Positions 30,880 to 41,140 of a stretch of 64,000 nucleotides of DNA are shown here, piece by piece. The notes under the pieces are model-generated. The model was not told the origin of the DNA. It saw only the letters and a list, made by a program, of their open reading frames with translations, and did not search any database. The DNA is from Beijerinckiaceae bacterium. GTDB taxonomy: Bacteria > Pseudomonadota > Alphaproteobacteria > Rhizobiales > Beijerinckiaceae. Each line of letters begins with the position of its first letter. Position 1 is the stretch's first letter. The stretch is taken from contig DASZIL010000151.1 in assembly GCA_035949255.1 (NCBI GenBank), positions 9,218 through 73,217 of the forward strand. The letters run 5' to 3'. A program made the position numbers and the translations under genes.

Positions 30880-32106
30880 TCAGGCTTGGGTGAGCGGCGA
30901 AGATTCAGGCGCGCGCCGCGCCTCGTCCTCGATGCCGAGGATTCCCTCGGCCACGAGTTCCTCGATCAGCTTGCGCTCATAGCCGAGCTCGGCCGCAATC
31001 GCCGCGCTATGCTCGCCAAGACGGGGAACATCGAGGTGCCGGCCGAGACGCCGTCCCGCCATCTCGAGCGGCAACGCGGGAATGTCGATCTTGTTGCCCC
31101 TTTGCGTCGTCACCTCGATCATGGCGCCGGGCGTCGCAAGATGCGGGTCCTCGAAAAGATCCTCGGGCTTCGTGATCGGCGCGAAAGGAAGCCGCGCCTT
31201 CTCGAACGCGTCGACGATCTCGGCTCGCGTGAAGCGCAGGAACAATTCCCTCAAGATCGGCAAGAGCCGATCGCGCGACGCGACGCGCTGCGCGTTGGTC
31301 GAGAGCGTCACATCGGCGAAAAGCTCCGGCAGCTCGAAAACCCGGCAGAAGATCGCCCATTGCGTATCGGTGACGACGCCGAGGAAAATCTGCTCGCCAT
31401 CCTTCGTGTCGAACACGTCATAGATGCCCCAGGCTGTCATCCTCGCGGGCATGGGCGGGGCGGGTTTTCCGGTCACGGCGAATTGCGCCATGTGCTGGGC
31501 GACGAGAAAGACGTTGTTCTCGAACAAGGCGCTGCGTACCAATTGGCCTTTGCCGGTGTGGGCGCGCTCATGGAGCGCCGCGAGAATGCCGATCGCGGCG
31601 AACATCCCGCCCATGATGTCATTGACGGAGGTGCCGGCGCGCAGCGGCCTTCCCGGCGGGCCGGTCATATAGGCGAGGCCGCCCATCATCTGCACCACCT
31701 CGTCGAGCGCGGCACGGTTCTCGTAAGGGCCCGAGAGAAAGCCCTTGAGCGAGCAATAGATGAGGCCGGGATTTTCTGCCTTCAGCGCCTCATAGCCGAG
31801 GCCGAGCGCTTCGAGCCCGCCGGGGCGGAAATTCTCGGTCACCACATCGGCGCGCGCGATCAGCCGCTTGGCGAGCGCAAGCCCTTTCTCGGCCTTGAGA
31901 TCGAGCACGAGGCTCTTCTTGTTGCGATTGAAGGTGGCGAAAAAACCCGCGCCCGCCCCGACGAGGCGGCGCGTATTGTCCCCTTGCGGAGAGGGCTCGA
32001 CCTTGATGACTTCGGCGCCGAGATCGCCGAGCACGAGGCCGCAGCTCGGCCCCATCACCATATGAGAGAACTCGACGACACGAATGCCGGAAAGCGGTCC
32101 AGTCAC
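30880..32106 (-). CDS. CaiB/BaiF (family III) CoA-transferase
   Basis: LSGIRVVEFSHMVMGP, GAEVIKVE, NRNKKS, ENFRPG and PRLGEHS. Confidence 0.9.
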   Translation of the reverse strand: MTGPLSGIRVVEFSHMVMGPSCGLVLGDLGAEVIKVEPSPQGDNTRRLVGAGAGFFATFNRNKKSLVLDLKAEKGLALAKRLIARADVVTENFRPGGLEALGLGYEALKAENPGLIYCSLKGFLSGPYENRAALDEVVQMMGGLAYMTGPPGRPLRAGTSVNDIMGGMFAAIGILAALHERAHTGKGQLVRSALFENNVFLVAQHMAQFAVTGKPAPPMPARMTAWGIYDVFDTKDGEQIFLGVVTDTQWAIFCRVFELPELFADVTLSTNAQRVASRDRLLPILRELFLRFTRAEIVDAFEKARLPFAPITKPEDLFEDPHLATPGAMIEVTTQRGNKIDIPALPLEMAGRRLGRHLDVPRLGEHSAAIAAELGYERKLIEELVAEGILGIEDEARRAPESSPLTQA

Positions 32107-32431
32107 CGGAAGAATCCTCTCGCGTCGGGAGGGTTGCCGAGCAGGACCGCCAAACTCTTGCCCGTCCTTTCGCGCCCTCTCGCATCCGTCATCTGTTGAG
32201 TTCCTCGACGCTCGAAATTGACGACAGCCTCGCGTCCGTCATCGCCCATGCGGACCAGCGTTCCGGCGAAGCGAAGGTTAGTAAAACCGCCAAGCCCTGT
32301 CACCTCAAAGGCCCCCGTGGCAGGGGCCGCGATGCCGACGGTCGTTGCCGCTGGCGAGGAACTCTTCGACGCGAGAGCGCCGAGCTCGCATTTCCTGGAT
32401 CGCGCAGCTGCGGACTGCGGGCGCCTGCCGC

Positions 32432-32536
32432 CTAGAGCATGTTGGCCTTAAGTGGAATCGCCATCATGCTCTAAGTTATTAGTGGAGCATGATCTTTTCG
32501 GAAAAATGGTTTCCATTTTTCCGGATCAAGCTCTAG
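32432..32536. repeat. RIME/Bru-RS-like ~105-bp palindromic intergenic element, copy 1
   Basis: CTAGAGCATG...GCCATCATGCTCT...GAGCATGATCTTTTCGGAAAA...TTTTTCCGGATCAAGCTCTAG: two hairpins with CTAG ends. The right CTAG supplies the cpdR stop codon. Confidence 0.85.
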
Positions 32537-32892
32537 GCGGCGAGAAGCTTTTGCACTTCCGTCACGAGATCGCGCAAATGGAAGGGCTTCGAGAGCACCT
32601 TCGCATCCTTGGGCGCGTGGTTGTCGGGATTGAGCGCGACCGCGGCAAAACCGGTGATGAACATGACCTTCATGTCCGGGTCGAGCTCCGTCGCCTTGCG
32701 GGCGAGCTCGATGCCGTCCATCTCCGGCATCACGATATCGGTGAGGAGGAGCTCGAACGGCTCCTCGCGCAGCCGGTCATAGGCCGAGCGGCCATTATCG
32801 TAGGACACGACCTCATAACCTGCGTTTTCGAGCGCCCGCACCAGAAAGCGACGCATGTCGTTGTCGTCTTCCGCGAGAATGATCTTATGCAT
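32533..32892 (-). CDS. cpdR: Single-domain response regulator CpdR
   Basis: KIILAEDDNDMRRFL, LLLTDIVMPEMDGIELA, FITGFAAVALN and SKPFHLRDL; conserved divergent position next to N-formylglutamate amidohydrolase. Confidence 0.9.
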   Translation of the reverse strand: MHKIILAEDDNDMRRFLVRALENAGYEVVSYDNGRSAYDRLREEPFELLLTDIVMPEMDGIELARKATELDPDMKVMFITGFAAVALNPDNHAPKDAKVLSKPFHLRDLVTEVQKLLAA

Positions 32893-33064
32893 GTCGGTGG
32901 GGCTCGGTCGCAGGTCGGCTCTCACAAATCATAAGCCATGGCCCACGTAAAGGACTCATGAAATTTCCGCGAAGCTCGTTGAATGAACGATGGACAAGCG
33001 GCGCGATGCGCAGCAAACTCCTAGCCCCTGACGAGACGAGCTGCGGGAGCCCGAAATCCGAAAG

Positions 33065-33943
33065 ATGACCGCGCGGACCCACGAACCTGCCTTTGAGATC
33101 GTTGAGCCGAAAGAGCTCGTCTGTCCGATCGTCTTCTCATCTCCCCATTCCGGCCGATTTTATCCCGAACCCTTCCTGAGCGCCGCGCGCCTCACCCCTT
33201 TCGAGCTGCGCCGCTCGGAAGATGCTTTCGTCGATCTCCTCCTCAAGCCCGCGGCCGAGAGCGGGGTTCCGCTCATCCATGCCCGTTATCCGCGTGCCTA
33301 TCTCGACGTCAACCGCGAACCCTATGAGCTCGACCCCCGCCTGCTCGAAGGTCCGATCCCTGGTTTCGCCAACACGCGGTCGATGCGCGTGGCGGCCGGC
33401 CTCGGCGCCATTCCGCGAATCGTCGCCGATGGCCAGGACATCTACCGGCGACGTTTGCCCGTCACCGAGGCTTTCGAGCGCATCGAGGCCCTGCATAAAC
33501 CTTTCCACACCGGACTGCGGCGGCTCCTTCAGCGCGCGCGAACCCGTTTCGGCATCGCCCTTTTGGTCGATTGGCATTCGATGCCTTCAGGAGAGGCCTC
33601 GGGAGGTCGAACTACCCCCGACTTCGTCCTCGGCGACCGATTTGCGACGAGCTGCACACCGCAAATCGTCGATGCGGTCGAGGCGCTGTTGCGGCGCAAG
33701 GGGTTTACCGTCTCGCGCAACAAACCTTACGCGGGCGGTTACATCACGGAAAGCTACGGCCATCCGGCACAAGGCACGCATGCGCTGCAGATTGAAGCAT
33801 GCCGCGCTCTCTACATGGACGAGCGGACCTTGATCCCGACCGCGAAGTTCAAAGGCCTTTCGCAGCATTTCGTCGATATCGCCAATCTCTTGCGCGACAC
33901 CATGCTCGGACCCGAACGAGCCGCCAGGATCGCCGCTGAATGA
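33065..33943 (+). CDS. N-formylglutamate amidohydrolase
   Basis: SSPHSG, RSEDAFVD, DVNREPYELD, DWHSMPS, DFVLGDR, PYAGGYIT and QIE motifs. Confidence 0.88.
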   Translation: MTARTHEPAFEIVEPKELVCPIVFSSPHSGRFYPEPFLSAARLTPFELRRSEDAFVDLLLKPAAESGVPLIHARYPRAYLDVNREPYELDPRLLEGPIPGFANTRSMRVAAGLGAIPRIVADGQDIYRRRLPVTEAFERIEALHKPFHTGLRRLLQRARTRFGIALLVDWHSMPSGEASGGRTTPDFVLGDRFATSCTPQIVDAVEALLRRKGFTVSRNKPYAGGYITESYGHPAQGTHALQIEACRALYMDERTLIPTAKFKGLSQHFVDIANLLRDTMLGPERAARIAAE

Positions 33944-33984
33944 CAAAATGCGGCGTCGGGGCACCTGATAGATGCCGTCGAGCC

Positions 33985-34050
33985 AAAAAAGAGGCCGCCA
34001 AGCGAGCTTGGCGGCCCAAGTCTAGGGAGGAAACGCCCAAGGAGGGCAGC
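33985..34050 (-). ncRNA. mmgR: MmgR/suhB (alpha-r8 family) small RNA
   Basis: Minus strand reads GCCC-TCCTT-GGGC hairpin, single-stranded TTTCCTCCCT anti-SD decamer, then GGCCGCCAAG/CTTGGCGGCC terminator plus T6. TTGTGCA lies upstream at 34073-34079. The position between the amidohydrolase and the IMPase-family gene matches known synteny. The 5' end is inferred. Confidence 0.75.
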
Positions 34051-34294
34051 AACCCGAGAAATCAGGTTGCGATGCACAAGTTAATCGTTGCGTCGCACAA
34101 AATCAAGGGACGCGGCAATTTTTCCAGCACCGGCGGCCGAAACTCATAACTCCTTGAAGCAACGAGCGGTTTTCCCCGCTTTTTCGGGGCAGAGGACAGA
34201 CGTGCGCCGGAGGTCTTGTGGAAAACAGCCAAAGGCGGCATCACGCTTGAGGCTCGGCGCTTGCGGCGAGAAGATCCGTCAAAGGTAAGTGTTC

Positions 34295-35077
34295 ATGACT
34301 GCGGTCGATTTCGCCTCCTTCGTCGAAACCCTCGCCACCCATTCGGGCGATGCCATCTTGCCCTTCTTCCGCACCAGCCTCGCCGCTCTCGACAAATCGG
34401 CCGATGGGGCATTTGACCCCGTGACCGAGGCGGATCGTGCCGGTGAAGTCGCCATGCGGCGCTTGATCAACGCGAATTTTCCTTCCCATGGCATCATCGG
34501 AGAAGAATTCGGCGCCGAGCGGCGCGAGGCCGAATATGTCTGGGTTCTCGATCCGATCGATGGCACCAAGGCCTTCATCTGCGGCCTTCCGATCTGGGGG
34601 ACCTTGATCGGCCTCACCCATAAGGGCCGTCCGGTCTACGGGATGATGAACCAGCCTTTCTCGCGCGAGCGCTTCAGCGGCGACGGGAAGGCCGCGCGCT
34701 ATGAGGGGCCGGCGGGCCGGCGCACGCTGCGCGTGCGCTCCTGCCCGAGTGTCGCCGAGGCCGTGATCTCGACCACGCATCCGGGCATGATGGCGCCTGC
34801 CGAAAGGCAGCGCTACGACCGCCTCGAGACGCGTGCCAAGCTCTCGCGCTATGGCGGAGATTGCTATGCTTACGCCATGCTGGCGGCCGGCCATATCGAT
34901 CTCGTGGTCGAAGCGGGGCTCAATCCTTATGACATCGTCGCCATCATCCCCATCGTGCAAGGTGCCGGGGGTGTGATCACGTCCTGGAGCGGAGAGGATG
35001 CCTCGGGCGGAGGCGCCATCATCGCCGCGGGCGACAAGCGCGTGCATGAGGAGGCGCTCGCCATCCTCAACTCTTAG
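34295..35077 (+). CDS. hisN: Histidinol-phosphate phosphatase (inositol monophosphatase family)
   Basis: DPVTEAD, GEEFG, WVLDPIDGT, YGGDCYAY and PYDIVAIIP. Confidence 0.88.
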   Translation: MTAVDFASFVETLATHSGDAILPFFRTSLAALDKSADGAFDPVTEADRAGEVAMRRLINANFPSHGIIGEEFGAERREAEYVWVLDPIDGTKAFICGLPIWGTLIGLTHKGRPVYGMMNQPFSRERFSGDGKAARYEGPAGRRTLRVRSCPSVAEAVISTTHPGMMAPAERQRYDRLETRAKLSRYGGDCYAYAMLAAGHIDLVVEAGLNPYDIVAIIPIVQGAGGVITSWSGEDASGGGAIIAAGDKRVHEEALAILNS

Positions 35078-35179
35078 AGCATGATGGCCTTAAGTGGAAT
35101 CGCCATCATGCTCTAAGTTATTAGTGAAGCATAATCTTTTCGGAAAAATGGGTTTCCATTTTTCCGGATCATGCTCTGA
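35074..35179. repeat. RIME/Bru-RS-like element, copy 2
   Basis: Near-identical to 32432-32536, with a perfect 13-bp stem AGAGCATGATGGC/GCCATCATGCTCT. It begins at the hisN TAG. Confidence 0.85.
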
Positions 35180-35191
35180 GGCCGCGCACCG

Positions 35192-36178
35192 TCACACCGA
35201 GACGGTCGTCGTCTCCGTCTCCTGGGATGAAAGCTCGCCGCCAGGGAGGAAGGCATCGATCGCGGCGAGCGCCTGGTCGCGAAAGAAATCGCTTTCCATC
35301 AGCAATTCATGGCGTGCGCCGACGATGACGATGGCCGAACCCGTCTTCAGCCGCGATGCGAAGCGCTCCGTGGCTTGCATGGAAACCACGCGCTCATCAC
35401 CGCTCGCGACGACGAGGAGTGGCGTCGCGATCCGGCGGGGAAAATTCGGATCCGAGAGAGCGCGCATCATATGGCAGGCGGAAGCGGTCCAATCGACGGT
35501 CGGAGCGCCGACCCCGAGATCGGGCGCGACAGACAGGATTGCCGCATTGCGCTCATAACGGGCGCGATCCGTGGACAGGCGATTGTTCTCGAAGGGCATT
35601 GAAATGATCGAGGCAGATCCGCCGCCCGGAATGAAGCAGCGCCCCAAGCCGAAGCCTGAAAGCGTGGTGGCGAGCGCGGCCGTATACTGAGGCGCGATTG
35701 TCGGCGAGAAGCCGATCATCGGTGAGGTCAGCGCGGCGCGCAGTGCCGGCGTTTGCCCGCGTCCGAGGCGCGCCAGAAATACCGCCGCGCCCATGGAATG
35801 AGCGACGACGAACCAGGGCTTGGGGCTCGACCCCGCCCCCATCTCGGCGAAGACCGCATCGAGATCGAGGTAATAATCCGAGATTCGGCGCACATGCCCT
35901 TTCCTCGGATTGCGCAGCAGCCGCTCCGATCCCCCCTGCCCTCGCCAATCGAAGCTGATGACGTCGAAGCCGCGCGCACGGAAATGGCCGACCGTCTCGA
36001 AATATTTCTCGATGAATTCGGCGCGGCCTTGCAGGAGAAGCACCGTGCCTTGAATCGGCATCGCGGATGTCGGCCATTGCGCGACACGAAGCGCAACGCC
36101 ATCCGCGGTGCGGATGCTGAGGCATTTCGCCTGCGCGGGGACGGGGTTATCGGGCGTGCCGACAAGATCGTTTCTCAT
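35192..36178 (-). CDS. Alpha/beta hydrolase, lysophospholipase L2-like
   Basis: GRAEFIEKY, FDWRGQGGS, AHSMGA nucleophile elbow and GARHEL. Start set to MRNDL at 36178. Confidence 0.85.
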   Translation of the reverse strand: MRNDLVGTPDNPVPAQAKCLSIRTADGVALRVAQWPTSAMPIQGTVLLLQGRAEFIEKYFETVGHFRARGFDVISFDWRGQGGSERLLRNPRKGHVRRISDYYLDLDAVFAEMGAGSSPKPWFVVAHSMGAAVFLARLGRGQTPALRAALTSPMIGFSPTIAPQYTAALATTLSGFGLGRCFIPGGGSASIISMPFENNRLSTDRARYERNAAILSVAPDLGVGAPTVDWTASACHMMRALSDPNFPRRIATPLLVVASGDERVVSMQATERFASRLKTGSAIVIVGARHELLMESDFFRDQALAAIDAFLPGGELSSQETETTTVSV

Positions 36179-36262
36179 TGAAGCGAGCCCAGCGATAAAC
36201 CTCGACAAAATTAGGCCGAAGCCCGGTCCGAGGCAAAGCCTGGACAAGCCCGAGCGCGAGCC

Positions 36263-37204
36263 TCAGAGCTTGCGCCGGCCGAAATCGGGCTCCGCCGTTT
36301 CCTGCCCTTGGCTCACGATGCCGCGCCTTATGGCGCGCGTGCGCGAGAAGAGATCGAAAAGCTTGTCTCCCTCCCCCCAGCGGATGGCGCGCGCGAGCGC
36401 CGAAAGATCCTCGTTGAAGCGCGCCAACACCTCGAGGACGGCATCCTTGTTGTGCAAGAACACGTCGCGCCACATCGTGGGGTCGGACGCCGCGATGCGC
36501 GTGAAGTCGCGAAATCCGCCGGCCGAGAATTTGATCACCTCGGATTGGGTGACGGATTGAAGGTCATCGGCAGTGCCGACGATATTATAGGCGATGAGAT
36601 GGGGCAGATGGCTCGTCACCGCGAGCACAAGATCGTGGTGATCGGCGGACATGATCTCGACGTTCGAGCCCATGCCCTCCCAGAAGGCCTGAATTCGGGC
36701 AACCGCATCGTCGTCCGTGCCTTCAGGCGGCGTCAAAATGCACCAGCGGTTGACGAAGAGCGAAGGAAAGCCCGCGGCGGGCCCTGAATTCTCGGTCCCG
36801 GCAACCGGATGAGCAGGCACGAAACGGGCGTGCGCGGGCAGATGCTCGAGCACCGATTTGATGACGGCGCTCTTCACTGAGCCGACGTCCGTCACGATCG
36901 CCCCCTGTCGAAGGTGAGGCGCGATCTCCGCGGCGACCGCGCCGCAGGCGCCGACTGGCACGCAGATGACCACCGCATCGGCGTCGCGAACGCTCTCGGC
37001 AAAGCTCGAGGCGATCTCGTCGCCGAGGCGGAGCGATGCCGCCTCGCGGCGGACCTCCTCGGAGATGTCGAAGAGCACGACGCGCCGCGCGAGCGCAAAC
37101 CGGCGAGCCGCCAGCGCGATCGAGGAGCCGATGAGCCCGATGCCGACGATTGCTACTCGGTCGAAAGGCAAGGCTTCGCCAGGTTGGCGCAAAGCTTCAG
37201 CCAC
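36263..37204 (-). CDS. tyrA: Prephenate/arogenate (cyclohexadienyl) dehydrogenase
   Basis: [35 protein letters not shown] and [13 protein letters not shown]. Confidence 0.92.
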   Translation of the reverse strand: MAEALRQPGEALPFDRVAIVGIGLIGSSIALAARRFALARRVVLFDISEEVRREAASLRLGDEIASSFAESVRDADAVVICVPVGACGAVAAEIAPHLRQGAIVTDVGSVKSAVIKSVLEHLPAHARFVPAHPVAGTENSGPAAGFPSLFVNRWCILTPPEGTDDDAVARIQAFWEGMGSNVEIMSADHHDLVLAVTSHLPHLIAYNIVGTADDLQSVTQSEVIKFSAGGFRDFTRIAASDPTMWRDVFLHNKDAVLEVLARFNEDLSALARAIRWGEGDKLFDLFSRTRAIRRGIVSQGQETAEPDFGRRKL

Positions 37205-38318
37205 GGGCCGGCGCGGCCCCGCGAAGGAACTTCTCGAGCGTCGCCACCACCTTGTGATTGGCTTCCTCCGAACCGATGGTCAAGCGCAGCGCGTTCGGCA
37301 GGTTATACGCGCCGAGCGTGCGCAAGATGAGCCCGTGCCGCGCGAGATAGGCATCGGCATCCTTGGCGGTCTTGCCTGGCTCCGTCGCGAAATGGATCAG
37401 CAGGAAATTGCCGACGCTCGGCGTGACCGTGAGCCCGAGCGCCGTGATCTTCGAGGTGAGCCAGGCGAGCCAGCGATCATTATGCGCGAGCGCGGCCGCG
37501 ATATGGGCATCATCCGTTATGGCCGCGGCGCCGGCAGCGATCGCGGCGCCGTTCACATTGAAGGCGCTGCGGATGCGGTTGAGCGCATCCACGACATGGG
37601 CTGGCCCGTAAAGCCAGCCGATACGCAGATTGGCGAGGCCGAAAATCTTCGAGAAGGTGCGCGTCATCACCACATTGTCGCTCGTCGAGACGAGCTCGAG
37701 GCCCGAAGCATAATCATTGCGCCGCACATACTCGGCATAAGCCGCGTCGAGCACGAGGAGGACATGCGGGGGCAGGCCCGCGTGCAATCGCTTGACCTCG
37801 CTGAAGGCAATATAGGTCCCGGTCGGGTTGTTCGGATTGGCAAGGAAGACGATTCTGGTGCGCAGCGTGACAGCCTTGAGGAGAGCGTCGACATCCGTCT
37901 GGAAATCGCGCTCCTTGGCGATGACCGGCTTGCCTCCCGCGGCACGGATCGCGATGGGGTAGACAAGGAAGCCGTATTCGCTCATCACCCCCTCGTCACC
38001 AGGCCCGATATAGGCGTTGGCGAGAAGGCTCAACAGCTCGTCTGACCCCGAGCCGCACAGGATGCGCTCCGCATCGAGGCCGTATTTCGCCGCGATCGCC
38101 TCGCGCAGCTTCGTCGAAAGGCCGTCGGGGTAGAACTCGAGCCCTTGCACCGCCGCTTTGAAGGCCTCGATCGCCTTCGGCGAAGGACCGAGCGGGGTCT
38201 CGTTCGAGGAGAGCTTGTAGATCTTCTCGACGCCTTCGGCCGTGCTCTTGCCGGGCACATAGGCCTCGATGTCGAGCACGCCCGGGCGGGGCTGAGGGCG
38301 AGACGAGGCGGCAAGCAT
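37197..38318 (-). CDS. hisC: Histidinol-phosphate aminotransferase
   Basis: [27 protein letters not shown] and [16 protein letters not shown]. Confidence 0.95.
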   Translation of the reverse strand: MLAASSRPQPRPGVLDIEAYVPGKSTAEGVEKIYKLSSNETPLGPSPKAIEAFKAAVQGLEFYPDGLSTKLREAIAAKYGLDAERILCGSGSDELLSLLANAYIGPGDEGVMSEYGFLVYPIAIRAAGGKPVIAKERDFQTDVDALLKAVTLRTRIVFLANPNNPTGTYIAFSEVKRLHAGLPPHVLLVLDAAYAEYVRRNDYASGLELVSTSDNVVMTRTFSKIFGLANLRIGWLYGPAHVVDALNRIRSAFNVNGAAIAAGAAAITDDAHIAAALAHNDRWLAWLTSKITALGLTVTPSVGNFLLIHFATEPGKTAKDADAYLARHGLILRTLGAYNLPNALRLTIGSEEANHKVVATLEKFLRGAAPARG

Positions 38319-38733
38319 AAAGCAAATCCCACATGGCGGCGAAGCGTGGCGTTAAACACGCCTGTGCCGCTCAAGGTCAAGGCCAAAGCCTGTAATTCTC
38401 GCCGTCCACGGCTATCCATGGCCGCGTCCATGTCCGTCCGTGGCCCCGCGCCGCCGCTCCCTTCCATTCAGAGCCTCCCCATCCGGCCGCCGTCTCCGGA
38501 TGGGGTCGCCCATCCAAGCCTGCTGTAACGAATTGGGTTTTCGCCTGCGTATAGCCTTCCAAGAAATCCGTTCGAATGTGAAATTTTCGGCAAATTGGCG
38601 CGTGGCAAAAAACCGAATTGAGCGCTCCTCGAGGATATATGGATCATTCCAGGGACAGTAAGCGGGCACCGGCCGTCTTGCGGTCACAGGAACGCGCCAT
38701 GCTCGTCCGCACACTCCAGAGCGGAGGAGAACC

Positions 38734-39423
38734 ATGACCTCCGAACCCGTCGAGCCGAGAAATGTCCTGGTCCATCCCGGCATGGTGCGCATCACCCATT
38801 GGATCAATGCGGCCGCCATCCTTATCATGATCGGCTCGGGCTGGCGCATCTACAACAACGTGCCGATCTTTCCCGCGATCGAATTTCCCCTTTGGGCGAC
38901 GCTAGGGGGTGATCCCGATCTCACCTACGCCCGCAACAGCGATGTCGGCTTCTCGAACGCGCTGCTCTGGCATCTCGCGGGAATATGGCTTTTCACTGTG
39001 AACGGCCTGGTCTACCTCGTCTACGGCATCCTTTCGGGGCGACTCTTCCGCAAGCTCTTTCCGATCCGCCCGCGAGAGGTCCGGGAGACGATTGTCGACG
39101 CGCTTCGCTTCAAGCTCGCCCATGATGACCTTACGATCTACAACGGCGTGCAAAAGCTTCTCTATCTCGGCGTCATCGCGGCGATGATTCTTGCGGCGAT
39201 CTCCGGCCTTTCACTCTGGAAGCCGGTGCAGTTCCAAGTCCTGATCACCCTCTTCCAGGGGTTCCAGGGGGCAAGGCTCGTGCATTTCCTATGCATGTCG
39301 GCGATCGTGCTCTTTCTCTTCGTGCATGTAACGCTCGCGCTCCTCGTCCCGCGCACGCTCGTGGCGATGCTCACGGGACGGATTCGCGCGCCTTCCCCGA
39401 CTTCACTCGAACCGGCGGAGTGA
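38734..39423 (+). CDS. Cytochrome b (Ni-hydrogenase/thiosulfate reductase b-type) membrane subunit
   Basis: VRITHWIN, LLWHLAG, YNGVQK and ARLVHF...LFVHV heme histidines. Confidence 0.85.
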   Translation: MTSEPVEPRNVLVHPGMVRITHWINAAAILIMIGSGWRIYNNVPIFPAIEFPLWATLGGDPDLTYARNSDVGFSNALLWHLAGIWLFTVNGLVYLVYGILSGRLFRKLFPIRPREVRETIVDALRFKLAHDDLTIYNGVQKLLYLGVIAAMILAAISGLSLWKPVQFQVLITLFQGFQGARLVHFLCMSAIVLFLFVHVTLALLVPRTLVAMLTGRIRAPSPTSLEPAE

Positions 39424-39427
39424 AGCG

Positions 39428-40219
39428 ATGAGCAAGCGGTTCCTTTCACACTCCCTCTTTCGGCCCGCGCGAGGCGTCGATCAATCCGTGCTCGCCGAGA
39501 ACGAGCCTCTCGTCCGATCTCTCGAGCGGCGCCTGTTCCTGCGTCAGGGCCTCAGCCTCGGCGCGCTGACCTTGCTTACCGGCTGCGACATCTCGAACAA
39601 GGAAAGCGTGCAGGCGGTGCTCAAGGGCTTTTCGCACTGGAACGACCGGGTGCAGGCGTGGCTCTTCGATCCGACGAAGCTCGCGCCGACTTTCTCGGAG
39701 GCCGAGGTGATGAAGCCGCCGCGCTTCAACGCCTTCTACAGCATCGACGAGGTGAAGCCGGTCGATGCCGCGACGTGGAAGCTCGAGGTCGGCGGGCTCG
39801 TCAAGGACAAGCGGCCCTGGACGCTCGATCGCATCAACGCCCTGCCGAAAGTCTCACAGATCACCCGTCATGTTTGTGTCGAGGGCTGGGACTATATCGG
39901 CAAATGGAGCGGTGTGGGTCTCAGTCGATTCCTGCAAACCATCGAGGCCGATCTCACGGCCAAATACGTCGCTTTCGAATGCGCCGATGATTATTCGGGA
40001 TCAATCGACATGGCGAGCGCCTTGCATCCGCAGACTCAGCTCACGACCCATTATGCCGATGAGCCGATCGGCGACCCCTATGGTTTCCCCTTGCGGCTTC
40101 GGGTTGCCACCAAGCTCGGTTTCAAGATGCCGAAATGGATCACCTCCATCGAGGTCACCAATGAATATCCGGGCGGTTATTGGGAAGATCGCGACTACAA
40201 CTGGTTTAGCGGATTATGA
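39428..40219 (+). CDS. Sulfite-oxidase family molybdopterin oxidoreductase (MsrP/YuiH-like), Tat-exported
   Basis: RRLFL twin-Arg with LTGC, HVCVEGW Mo-ligand Cys, GFPLRL and KLGFKMPKW. Confidence 0.85.
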   Translation: MSKRFLSHSLFRPARGVDQSVLAENEPLVRSLERRLFLRQGLSLGALTLLTGCDISNKESVQAVLKGFSHWNDRVQAWLFDPTKLAPTFSEAEVMKPPRFNAFYSIDEVKPVDAATWKLEVGGLVKDKRPWTLDRINALPKVSQITRHVCVEGWDYIGKWSGVGLSRFLQTIEADLTAKYVAFECADDYSGSIDMASALHPQTQLTTHYADEPIGDPYGFPLRLRVATKLGFKMPKWITSIEVTNEYPGGYWEDRDYNWFSGL

Positions 40220-40366
40220 AGTCTAATTCCGAGGAGCTCCGCCCGCTCATATCCCGCGGATTGCGAGAACAATCGGCCTGTGCGAAGTGCGGGAGGCTAA
40301 GATTCGCACCATGCCCATCTTGACACAAAATCCGAGCCGGGGCGCGCCGTACAGGGAAAGCCGTCT

Positions 40367-41140
40367 ATGAAGACCACCGCTGTCGACCCAAGCTCGCCTT
40401 GCGGCATTGCCGTCATGGCGAAAGCCTCCATCCCCGGCCGCACCAAGACGCGCCTCGTGCCGCCGCTCACCTTCGAGGAGGCTGCCGCTCTCAACACCGT
40501 CTTCCTCAAGGACGCCTTTGCCAATATCGCGGAAGCTTCGCGCGTCACGCCGATTCGCGGCTTTGCGGCCTATGGCTCCATCGGCGAGGAATCTTTCTTC
40601 GAAGATCTTGCCGAGACGCCGCCGGGCCTGATCCCGGCGGCGTTCCCGAATTTCGGCGAATGCCTTTTTGCCGGCATCGAAGGCGTGCTGGCGGCCGGTT
40701 GCTCCTCGGCCTGCGTGCTCAATGCCGACACGCCGGATTTGCCGACCGAACATCTCGTGAGTATCGCGCGCGAGCTTGCCGGCGGCCGTGATCGGGTGGT
40801 GATCGGCCCGGCCGATGACGGCGGCTATTATATTCTCGGCATCGCGAGGCCCCATCGACGCCTGTTCGCCGACATCGACTGGAGCACGGAGCGGGTGTTC
40901 GCCCAGACGCTCGCACGCGCGAAGGAACTCCATCTCGAGGTCGTCACCTTGCCGATGTGGAGCGATATCGACGATGCACAAACGCTTCGGCGCTTCGCGA
41001 GCCGCGGTGACGCCGCGAAGGGCGGAGCGCGACCCTTCGCGGCGCCCCATAGCCATGCGCATTTGCGAAAGAGGCTCCGCGCAAGCGACCTTGCCCGGCG
41101 CCTTGCGCCCGCTTCCGGCATCCAGGTCGACGCCGCGTGA
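40367..41140 (+). CDS. DUF2064/TIGR04282-type transferase (CofC/MobA-like nucleotidyltransferase fold)
   Basis: MAKASIPGRTKTRL, NADTPDLP, IGPADDGGYY, DIDWST and DID motifs. Confidence 0.82.
   Translation: MKTTAVDPSSPCGIAVMAKASIPGRTKTRLVPPLTFEEAAALNTVFLKDAFANIAEASRVTPIRGFAAYGSIGEESFFEDLAETPPGLIPAAFPNFGECLFAGIEGVLAAGCSSACVLNADTPDLPTEHLVSIARELAGGRDRVVIGPADDGGYYILGIARPHRRLFADIDWSTERVFAQTLARAKELHLEVVTLPMWSDIDDAQTLRRFASRGDAAKGGARPFAAPHSHAHLRKRLRASDLARRLAPASGIQVDAA

Noticed and set aside
32107-32431. Possible small ORF or tRNA between the CoA-transferase and cpdR
   Set aside because: No cloverleaf, and the short ORFs have no recognisable motif.
38477-38505. Perfect 10-bp hairpin CCCCATCCGG/CCGGATGGGG upstream of hisC as a riboswitch or attenuator
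   Set aside because: No recognisable aptamer, leader peptide or U-tract, and a likely hisC promoter (TTGACC) lies between it and the gene.
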